DNA from: Polyangiales bacterium
GTDB taxonomy: Bacteria > Myxococcota_A > Polyangia > Polyangiales > Ga0077539
NCBI GenBank assembly: GCA_044229975.1
Contig: JBGARZ010000009.1
Coordinates: forward strand, 347,947-411,946
Length of the DNA stretch: 64,000 nt
Reading direction: 5' to 3'
The notes under the pieces were generated by a model that saw only the letters and a list, made by a program, of their open reading frames with translations, had not been told where the DNA came from and did not search any database. The translations under genes were made by a program, and so were the position numbers. Positions 56,683 through 64,000 of this stretch are shown here, in pieces (the stretch's first letter is position 1; each line of letters begins with the position of its first letter).

Positions 56683-57843
56683 CTACCGCCCGAACACCAC
56701 CCGATGGATCACCACCGGCCCCGCCGCCGCCGCGATCACCACGCCCATGCCGTCGGTGCCCGTAAACGCCACCGAGCCCTGCTCGGCGCGGTACGCCACC
56801 GGCAGCCCGATGGCCACCGCGTCGGCGCCCGAGCGCACCTCCGCCGCGCCGCCCGTCACCACCACGTGACCCGTCGCCGTGAGCAGACCCGTCGCGTCGG
56901 CGATGGGCCACGTCCCGCGGTTGGCGCCGGTTCCGTCGAGCACCACGACCACGCCGCCCGCGCGCACGAAGCCCACCGCCGGGCCCGCCACGCGCAACGC
57001 CAACGCCGCGATGGACTCGTCCGTCGCCGTCGCGAGGTGATGGATCAACACCACGTCCGTCGTGTCGACCGAGAACGCCGCCGGCAGCGCCTCTGCGGAC
57101 ACCACCGGGAGCTCGGTCCACGCGCGCAACCCGGCCACCTGGCGGATGGCATCGCCCGCGTTGGTCACGCCCGTCGCCCTCGCTCCGACGGCGTACGTCG
57201 CCACCCGCGGCGCCGACGACGCGCTCAAGAACACCGAGTTGCCCAGCACGCGGTTCTGGTCGGGGCGCGTGGCCTCGTAGTCGTGCCCGATGAGCACGAG
57301 GTGACCCGCGCGCGCGTCACGGCAACGACCCGCGTTGCAGATGCCCGTCGAGCACACCACGCCGCAGCCGCCGCAGTTCTCGGGGTCGGTCTGCGGGTCG
57401 ATGCAGGCGCCGTCGCACAGCAGCAACGGCGGCGCGCAGAACGCGCTGCACACCCCCGACGCGCAGACCTGCGCCGCGGCGCAAGCGCGACCACAACCGC
57501 CGCAGTGGGCGCGGCTCGACGCGGGGTCGACGCAGGTCCCGTCGCAGAGCATCTCCGGCGGTGTGCACACGACGTCCGTCGCGACGACATCGCGGGCCGC
57601 GGCGCCATCCAGCGCTCCGTCACCGCCGTCGACCGCCGCGTCGCCCGCGTCCATCGCGACGCCGACGTCCGCTAGAGCGCCCGCATCCCTCTCGACCACG
57701 ACGTCGATGGACGGCCCGACGTCGCGCGCGACCGTGCCCGCGTCGCACGCGCCCGGCGACGGCATCCAACCCTCTTCGCAGCGACCGCCCAGCAGCGGAT
57801 CGCAGCCCAACAGCGCCGCCAGCAACACCGCCGCGCGCTTCAC
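56683..57843 (-). CDS. Cys-rich secreted lipoprotein (CDGxCxD...CGGCGxxC repeats) with unknown C-terminal domain
   Basis: GTG start overlapping the upstream OmpA stop (GTGA); lipobox LLAALLGC; three CGGCG-type repeats related to those of the giant lipoproteins. Confidence 0.5.
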   Translation of the reverse strand: MKRAAVLLAALLGCDPLLGGRCEEGWMPSPGACDAGTVARDVGPSIDVVVERDAGALADVGVAMDAGDAAVDGGDGALDGAAARDVVATDVVCTPPEMLCDGTCVDPASSRAHCGGCGRACAAAQVCASGVCSAFCAPPLLLCDGACIDPQTDPENCGGCGVVCSTGICNAGRCRDARAGHLVLIGHDYEATRPDQNRVLGNSVFLSASSAPRVATYAVGARATGVTNAGDAIRQVAGLRAWTELPVVSAEALPAAFSVDTTDVVLIHHLATATDESIAALALRVAGPAVGFVRAGGVVVVLDGTGANRGTWPIADATGLLTATGHVVVTGGAAEVRSGADAVAIGLPVAYRAEQGSVAFTGTDGMGVVIAAAAGPVVIHRVVFGR

Positions 57844-59186
57844 GGCTGCGGCTCCGGGATGCGCTGCGACTGACCCTCGGCGTCGAAGTGCAGCCATCCC
57901 CCGACGGCCTGCGCGTCGCCCACCGATCCGTTGCCCGACACCACGATCTCCACCCGACGATTGGCGGCGAGCGCCTCGCGGCTCGTCCCCTCGCTGCGCG
58001 GAACCCGTCGGCCGAAGCCCAGCGGACGCAGCCGCGCCGCGGGGATGCCTCGCGCGACGAGCTCCTGCTGCACCGCCAGCGCCCGCATGAACGACAGCAT
58101 GAAGTTGTACCGATCATCGCCGCGCTGGTCGGCGTGCCCCTCGATGTGCGCGACCCGACGCGGCGGCTGGTTGCGCAGGATCACCGCGATGGCGTCGAGC
58201 ACCTCCCGCGACCGCTCCCTGATGCGATACGAGTCCGAGTCGAAGAACACCTGCTCGGCCACGACGATGCGCCCGTTGCGCACCTCGACGACCCCCTGGT
58301 CGGGGCAGCCGTCCTCGTCCTCGACGCCGTTGACCACCTCCCTCTCGTTGGGACAGCGATCGACCGCATCGAGGATCGTGTCCTGATCGTTGTCGGGATC
58401 GGGGCAGCCGTCCTCGTCCTGAAAGCCATCGCGATCTTCAGCGACCGCTGGGCACTGGTCGACGGCATCGGCGATCTGATCGCCGTCGCGGTCGGGCTCG
58501 GCGCACCCGTCGCCGTTGGCGTCGGCGACCGACGGCCCGGTGATCTCCGCGCACGCGGGCGGCGCAGGCGTCGGCGCAACCACCACGGGCGGCGGTGGTG
58601 GTGGTGGCGCGGGCCGATGCGGGAGCAGCGTGAGCGCGAGACCGAGCTGCGCGAGGTGCGCGTCACCGGGGTACGCGAGCGAGTCGGTCTGCGGGAGCCA
58701 CGCCCAACCGATCCATGGACCGAGGTCGACGGGGCCCGCCGCGAAGGACCACCCCAGCCGCGCGCGCACCGCGGGCGCGAAGAGGTCACCGGTGCGAGCG
58801 AGCCCGACGTCGGCTTCGATCCAGAGGCGCTCGGACCCGTCGTTGGTCGCATGGCCCAACGGGCGAACGCGCAGCCCGAGGTCGACCCAGGCATACCCGC
58901 CCGTCGAGAGCGCGGGGATGGTCTGCACGGCGGAGCGTCCGTTGAAGTCCGAGGCGAGGCCCGTCCACCCGACGCTGGCCGTGAGCCCGAGCGCGGGGAC
59001 GAAGGACCACTCGACGCCGACCGCGAGCCCGCCGCCGAACGAGTAGCGGGACGCCTGCCAGCCGACGAGCGGGAGCGCGCCGAAGGCGTCGGCGCGGAGC
59101 CGGAGCTGGGCCTCCGCGCGAGCGCCGAAGGTCAGCAGCGCACCGACGACGAAGAGGCTGGCGAAGCGAGGGATTCGGGTGCGCAT
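57840..59186 (-). CDS. OmpA-family outer-membrane protein with TSP3 repeats
   Basis: Signal peptide; N-terminal beta-barrel-like region; TSP3 repeats DRDGDQIADAVDQCP...DEDGCPDPDNDQD; OmpA domain FFDSDSYRIRERSREVLDAIAVILRNQP...IEGHADQRGDDRYNFMLSFMRA. Confidence 0.8.
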   Translation of the reverse strand: MRTRIPRFASLFVVGALLTFGARAEAQLRLRADAFGALPLVGWQASRYSFGGGLAVGVEWSFVPALGLTASVGWTGLASDFNGRSAVQTIPALSTGGYAWVDLGLRVRPLGHATNDGSERLWIEADVGLARTGDLFAPAVRARLGWSFAAGPVDLGPWIGWAWLPQTDSLAYPGDAHLAQLGLALTLLPHRPAPPPPPPPVVVAPTPAPPACAEITGPSVADANGDGCAEPDRDGDQIADAVDQCPAVAEDRDGFQDEDGCPDPDNDQDTILDAVDRCPNEREVVNGVEDEDGCPDQGVVEVRNGRIVVAEQVFFDSDSYRIRERSREVLDAIAVILRNQPPRRVAHIEGHADQRGDDRYNFMLSFMRALAVQQELVARGIPAARLRPLGFGRRVPRSEGTSREALAANRRVEIVVSGNGSVGDAQAVGGWLHFDAEGQSQRIPEPQP

Positions 59187-59267
59187 GGACGGGCCGACGT
59201 GAGCGGTGTCTGCGCTCGCGACGCCGCAGCGGTCAACGAAGTGACAAGCGGGGAGAGTGGGCGGGGT

Positions 59268-60635
59268 TCAGCCCCCGACGACGTCGTCCTCGGTCATCTT
59301 CATCGTGCGCCAGGCCCCGCCGCGGAAGCGCCACGCCATCAGCGCCGACAGCGCGGCCATGTACGCCACCACCCAGCCGAGCGCGCCCACCGGCCCGCCA
59401 CCCATCCGCGCCGTCAGCAGCGTCACCGGGACGAACAACCCCCACGACACCGCGATGCGCACCCGCATCGGCCACGCCGTGTCGCCCGCCGCGCGCAGCG
59501 CCTCGCTGACGGCCATGGTCGTCGCGTCGAAGAGCTGCCACGCCACCGCCACCCACAACAACGGAACCGCCACCGCCATGAACGCCGCGCGCTCGCCCGC
59601 CACGCCCGGCGCGAAGGCCGACAGCAGCCACCGCGGCGCCAGCGCATAGCCGACGCCGACGACGCCCATCCACGCGCACGACACCAGCACCGCCCGCTTC
59701 ACCAGCGACGGCACCGCGTCGTGCTGCTCGGCGCCGATGGCCTGCCCGACGTGAATGGCCCCCGCGTTGGACAACCCGAAGGCCGGCATGAACGCGATGG
59801 AGTTGAGCTGGAGCACCGCCATCAACGCCGCGAGCGCCGCCGTCCCCATCCGCGCGAACACCACATCAATGAAGAAGAGGAAGGCACCAAACTCCAGGAA
59901 CCAGTTCACGCCGTTGGGCAGCCCGAAGCGCAGCACGCGCCGAAACTCCGACCACCGCCAGCCCGCCGTCGGCACGTCGCGCCCCGCCCGCGCGAAGGCC
60001 CACGCCACGTACGCGAAGCCCGCCACGCTCGCGATCACCGACGCCAGCGCCGCGCCCCGCACGCCCATCGCGGGTACGCCCGCGCCACCGTGGATGAGCC
60101 ACCACGCGAGCGGCACGTTGAGCCCCATGACCAGCACGCTCGCCACGAGCCCGATGCGCGTATTGCCCTGCCCCCCGAACCAGTTGGCCAGCGCCTCGAC
60201 GCCCACCGCCGCCCCGACGCCGACGAGCCGTATCGCCATGTAGTCGCCCATCAGCGCGCGCACCGCCGGGGTGTAGTCCGAGTGCGCGAGCAGCCACGGC
60301 GTCAGCGGGATCATCGCCAGCGCCGCCGCCTCCGCGAGCAGCGCGATGCCGAGGCCGTACCACCCATAGCGTCGTAGCCGCGCCTTGTCGGGCTGCCCCG
60401 AGAGCTGCGCCGCGAAGCTCTGGACGATGAACGCCACCCCCAGCGGCAGCATGAACACCGCCAGCGCATTGAGCGCCCCGTTGCCCGTCGCCGCGAGCGC
60501 ATCGGGCCCGAGCGGCGCCACGAGGATGGCGTCGGTGAAGCCCACCACCGACTGCGCCGCGCGCCCGAGAATCATCGGCCACGCCAGCACGAACAGGTCT
60601 CGCAGGGAGGGCGTGCGCCACGCGGTGGTTTCCAT
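59268..60635 (-). CDS. MATE-family multidrug/oligosaccharide efflux transporter
   Basis: 455 aa; 12 predicted TM helices; MATE-type N- and C-terminal halves. Confidence 0.75.
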   Translation of the reverse strand: METTAWRTPSLRDLFVLAWPMILGRAAQSVVGFTDAILVAPLGPDALAATGNGALNALAVFMLPLGVAFIVQSFAAQLSGQPDKARLRRYGWYGLGIALLAEAAALAMIPLTPWLLAHSDYTPAVRALMGDYMAIRLVGVGAAVGVEALANWFGGQGNTRIGLVASVLVMGLNVPLAWWLIHGGAGVPAMGVRGAALASVIASVAGFAYVAWAFARAGRDVPTAGWRWSEFRRVLRFGLPNGVNWFLEFGAFLFFIDVVFARMGTAALAALMAVLQLNSIAFMPAFGLSNAGAIHVGQAIGAEQHDAVPSLVKRAVLVSCAWMGVVGVGYALAPRWLLSAFAPGVAGERAAFMAVAVPLLWVAVAWQLFDATTMAVSEALRAAGDTAWPMRVRIAVSWGLFVPVTLLTARMGGGPVGALGWVVAYMAALSALMAWRFRGGAWRTMKMTEDDVVGG

Positions 60636-60709
60636 GAAGGGCGCGCAGCATACGCGCGGGTGATCGCAGGTCGATGTTTCCGCGGGAGCCCGTCGGGCAT
60701 CCTATGTCC

Positions 60710-61525
60710 ATGCCCGAACTCGCCGAGGTCGAACACGCCCGCCGCCTCTGGAGTCCCGCGGTCGGCGAGCGCATCACCGACGTCTTCATCGCCTCGCCCA
60801 CACCGCGCGTCTTCCGCGGAACCGACCGCGACGCCCTCTTCGACACCCTCGTCGGCGCGACCTACACGAGCTCCGAGGCGCGCGGCAAGCAGCTCGCGCT
60901 TCGCTTCGGCGACGCGTGGCTCGGCCTGCACCTCGGCATGAGCGGCGGGCTCGTGCTCGAAGACGCCGCGTACGCTCCACGCAAGCACGACCACCTGGTG
61001 ATTCGCACTGCGAAGCACGCGATGGTGTTCAATGACCCGCGGCACTTCGGTCGGGTGCTCTTCGATCGAGGCCCCGACGAGCCCGCGTGGTGGTCGAAGC
61101 TGGCGCCCTCGGTGCTGAGCGACGAGTTCACCATCGAGGCGCTGACGACCTTCCTGCGGCGTCGCGGCCGGTCACCGCTCAAGGCCGTGCTGCTCATGCA
61201 GGAGCGCTTCCCTGGCGTGGGCAACTGGATGGCCGATGAGATTCTCTGGCGCGTGAAGATGCACCCCGCGACGCTGTCCGGTGCGCTCGGCGAAGAGAGC
61301 ATCGCGGGGTTGTGGCGAGGCGTTCGTCGCGTGGCGCGCCTCTCCATCGACACCATCGATGACAACTGGGAGTACCCGAAGACCTGGCTCTTCTCCCATC
61401 GCTGGGAGCCCGGCGGTCACTGTCCGCGCTGCGACGCCGCGCTCTCCCGCGACGCCATCGGCGGCCGAACCACCTGCTGGTGCCCGCGCTGTCAGGGCGC
61501 TCGCGCGCTGCGCCGCCTGCCTTGA
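60710..61525 (+). CDS. mutM: formamidopyrimidine-DNA glycosylase (Fpg/Nei family)
   Basis: Starts MPELAEVE (catalytic Pro2); C-terminal zinc finger CPRCDAAL...CWCPRCQ. Confidence 0.8.
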   Translation: MPELAEVEHARRLWSPAVGERITDVFIASPTPRVFRGTDRDALFDTLVGATYTSSEARGKQLALRFGDAWLGLHLGMSGGLVLEDAAYAPRKHDHLVIRTAKHAMVFNDPRHFGRVLFDRGPDEPAWWSKLAPSVLSDEFTIEALTTFLRRRGRSPLKAVLLMQERFPGVGNWMADEILWRVKMHPATLSGALGEESIAGLWRGVRRVARLSIDTIDDNWEYPKTWLFSHRWEPGGHCPRCDAALSRDAIGGRTTCWCPRCQGARALRRLP

Positions 61526-61562
61526 CCCGTTCGCAGCCCGTGTCCACGCTCCGCGCTCGCCC

Positions 61563-62765
61563 ATGTCACATCCCCCGACCGCCCTCTTCGCCGCCTTCAG
61601 CGCGCTCGCCTGGCTCTGCGTGGTCGTCCTCGCGAGGACGCTCCGCAACGGGCAGTACGCCACCTTCCTCGCGGTGCTCCTCGGCATCCACACGTCGTCG
61701 TCGCTCGGGGTCTTTCCCGCGGTGGGCGTGGCGTGGCCGGTGTTCGCGTACCTGCAGGCGGCGGTGTTCGTGCACTTCGCGATGCTCATCCGACCGACCC
61801 TGCGCGGGACGCTCTACCGAAGCTTCGTGAGCGTCCCGGCGTCGTGGTTCGTGGCGGGGGTGTTTCTGTCGGTGCCGTGGTCCATCGCGCGGGGGTTGGG
61901 TTTCCATCCATGGGGTGCCTGGTTGCCCTTCGCGCTCGCGGCGGTGGGCCTCGTCGACTCGCTCTGGGCTTCCGAAGACGAGCGCGACCTCTGGCTCGAC
62001 GGCGCCATCGTCCCCTCGCTGCAACGTCACGAGGGCACCGGCACCAAAGACCCCCGTCCGCTCCGCATCGTGCAGATCACCGATCCGCACCTCGGGGCCT
62101 TCATGTCCGTCGCGAGCTTGCAGGCCATCTGCGCGCGGGCCGTCGCGCGTGACCCCGACCTCGTGCTGCTCACGGGCGACCTGCTCACCATGGAGTCGCA
62201 GCGCGACCCGGCGTGGCTGTCCGCAGCACTCGCCCCGCTCAAGGCCATCGAGGGCCGCACGTATGCGTGCCTCGGCAACCACGACCACGAGGCGCTGGAG
62301 ACCGTGAAGGACGCCCTCGCGCTCAACGGCGTGAAGCTGCTGGTGGACGACATGACCGTGGCCGAGACGCCCGCTGGCCCGGTGGAGATCGTCGGGTACG
62401 ACTTCCACTGGCGCGACCGCGCGGCGAAGATGCGTACCGTGAGCGAGCGCTTTCCGCGCAGCGCGGGGGTTCCGCGGCTGGCGATGCTGCACGACCCGGG
62501 AGCGTTCCATCACCTGCCGACGGGAGATGCCGACCTGGTGCTGTCGGGTCACACGCACGGCGGACAGCTCGGGCTGCTGCGACTGGGGTTGCGCGGGACG
62601 GTGGTGTCGGCGCTGTCGCAGGTGCCCGACCACGGGTCTTGGGCGCTCGGCGCGTCGCGGCTGTATGTGCACCGCGGCACGGGGCACTACGGGTTTCCGC
62701 TCCGCATCGGCGTGCCCGCGGAGCGCAGCCTGCTCAACGTCCACGGACTCTGGAAGACGGCGTAG
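61563..62765 (+). CDS. membrane-anchored metallophosphoesterase (calcineurin-like)
   Basis: Start MSHPPTALF; 4-5 N-terminal TM helices; phosphoesterase motifs ITDPHLG, LTGDL, LGNHDHE, GHTHGGQ. Confidence 0.7.
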   Translation: MSHPPTALFAAFSALAWLCVVVLARTLRNGQYATFLAVLLGIHTSSSLGVFPAVGVAWPVFAYLQAAVFVHFAMLIRPTLRGTLYRSFVSVPASWFVAGVFLSVPWSIARGLGFHPWGAWLPFALAAVGLVDSLWASEDERDLWLDGAIVPSLQRHEGTGTKDPRPLRIVQITDPHLGAFMSVASLQAICARAVARDPDLVLLTGDLLTMESQRDPAWLSAALAPLKAIEGRTYACLGNHDHEALETVKDALALNGVKLLVDDMTVAETPAGPVEIVGYDFHWRDRAAKMRTVSERFPRSAGVPRLAMLHDPGAFHHLPTGDADLVLSGHTHGGQLGLLRLGLRGTVVSALSQVPDHGSWALGASRLYVHRGTGHYGFPLRIGVPAERSLLNVHGLWKTA

Positions 62766-62777
62766 TCGGAGAGCCGG

Positions 62778-63242
62778 CTACGCGATTGGTGATTGGATGC
62801 GCTCGAACCGATCGACCGCCACATGTCCCGTCGTCGCGATTCGGTCGAAGTCGCGATCGCTCGTCAACAACACCGCCCCGAGTCGACGTGTCTCTGCCGC
62901 GATCCAGAGGTCGTTCTTCCCCATGCGATGACCGAGCTTCCGGCTCTCGCCGTCCAGCTCGACGTACGCCTCGATCAGCGAGGCGTCGTCCTCCGTGACG
63001 TCGCGCACGATGCATCGCTGCACGATCTTCCGCAGCCGCTCGTTCTTCTCCAGGGTCCACTCGTGCGAGCGAGCGAACTGTCGCGCCTCTGCCACGGCCA
63101 CGACGCTGATGATCGGTGAATCAACGCGCGTGGCGAGGAAGGTCGAATGCAGCCAACGACCCGTCGCATCCCCTCGCGACAGATAGATCAGCACGTTGGT
63201 GTCGAGCACCAGATCGCGCTGGGACCACGGGCGCCCGCTCAC
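62778..63242 (-). CDS. PIN-domain ribonuclease (VapC-like toxin)
   Basis: LVLDTNVLIYL and later acidic residues (DVTEDD, LTSDRDF) of the PIN fold; GTG start overlapping the upstream gene's stop (GTGA). Confidence 0.65.
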   Translation of the reverse strand: MSGRPWSQRDLVLDTNVLIYLSRGDATGRWLHSTFLATRVDSPIISVVAVAEARQFARSHEWTLEKNERLRKIVQRCIVRDVTEDDASLIEAYVELDGESRKLGHRMGKNDLWIAAETRRLGAVLLTSDRDFDRIATTGHVAVDRFERIQSPIA

Positions 63243-64000
63243 GAGAGCTGCGCCTCTAGGTCCACGATCTCTTCGTCGTCCTCGTCTCCCTCGACCCCAT
63301 CAAACAGGTCCGCGAAGCCTCCGACCCCGGCCGCGGCACGCACACGACGAGCTCGCGTCATCGCCGGAATCCGTGACCACGTGGCGTCGGCCGGTCCCGC
63401 GGCCTCTCGCACATTCGTCGCGTCGAGTCGGAGCGGAGTGCCGGACGGGCGGTAGATCAGGTTGCCCTCGACGACCACCTGCTTGCCCATGAGCGGCAAC
63501 ACCTCTGACGCCTTCGGACGGATCAAGATCCCCCGGAGCATCTGCTCATCGAACAGGAGGGCGAAGGCCCCGGTGCTCATACTCAACATGTCGAGCTTCG
63601 CGGTCAGCCTGACGCGACGCGGATCGGGCGCACGCGCAGCGAGCCGCGTGACGGACTCGATCGAGACGCGAGAGAGCTTCACCGAGGCGCCCATGTCGCG
63701 CTTGTCGAATGAGGGCAGGACGATCTCTGCGGCGCCCATGTCAAAGAGAGCCTGCGCCGAGGCGATGTGCTCCACGAGAGGGGCATCGAGCGTCAGCGCG
63801 TCGTCGTTCTCCCGCGCGGCGTCGAGCACGGCTTCACTGAAGAGGTCGAGCGGCGACTGATCCGGGCGCGGCTGTCCCAGGAAGAGTCCTGGCTGCATCC
63901 AGATGGGATGCGGACCGAGGAGGTCGCCGAGGCTCGGCATGGTCAGCGCAAGATCGATGGAGCCCGCTTCGAGGCGCTCCACACCGATCTCACGAGCCAC
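63239..64000 (-). CDS. hypothetical protein, 5'-partial at the window edge; upstream partner of the PIN toxin
   Basis: At least 253 aa, acidic C-terminus GVEGDEDDEEIVDLEAQLS; the ORF runs to the window end so the true start is likely outside. Confidence 0.4.
   Translation of the reverse strand: MAREIGVERLEAGSIDLALTMPSLGDLLGPHPIWMQPGLFLGQPRPDQSPLDLFSEAVLDAARENDDALTLDAPLVEHIASAQALFDMGAAEIVLPSFDKRDMGASVKLSRVSIESVTRLAARAPDPRRVRLTAKLDMLSMSTGAFALLFDEQMLRGILIRPKASEVLPLMGKQVVVEGNLIYRPSGTPLRLDATNVREAAGPADATWSRIPAMTRARRVRAAAGVGGFADLFDGVEGDEDDEEIVDLEAQLS

Noticed and set aside
1-64000. rRNA, tRNA and CRISPR arrays
   Set aside because: No cloverleaf-like conserved tRNA signatures, no rRNA-like low-GC conserved blocks, and no short regularly spaced direct repeats with unique spacers were seen; the repeats present are coding or the single long palindrome.

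Overview
High-GC (~70%) bacterial chromosomal window. Gene content (GH92 and GH3 hydrolases, TSP3-OmpA proteins, FG-GAP repeat protein, Ser/Thr kinase with FHA regulator, giant lipoproteins built from ~40-aa Cys-rich repeats) suggests a Myxococcota-like genome. About 50 protein genes; no rRNA, tRNA or CRISPR detected. Housekeeping genes are interspersed with secreted or lipoprotein genes. The most unusual locus is a tightly coupled minus-strand operon at 37274-42061. It encodes a TAT-exported caspase-like (C14) lipoprotein with tandem Tudor-like domains, a tandem-didomain TauD/clavaminate-synthase-like Fe/2OG oxygenase, a viperin-like radical SAM enzyme, and a nucleotidyltransferase-like protein. 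It sits directly upstream of two paralogous giant lipoprotein genes (27086-32488 and 32667-37146). These carry TSP3, EGF-like and LamG domains, with an FGE-sulfatase domain in the first and a galactose-binding-like domain in the second. They share near-identical DNA tracts, and one carries a 28-bp tandem duplication that frameshifts it. Other notable items: a perfect 108-bp-arm inverted repeat (51014-51284), a zeta-toxin-like TA pair, a PIN toxin pair at the window edge, an N-terminally truncated Thg1-like gene, an Rpn/YhgA-like nuclease in a lower-GC patch, and many 4-nt start/stop overlaps. Many long Arg/Ala-rich ORFs in the six-frame track are antisense shadows of real genes, typical of high-GC DNA. 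The track treats GTG and TTG as start codons and includes the stop codon in its coordinates, and starts were re-derived on that basis.
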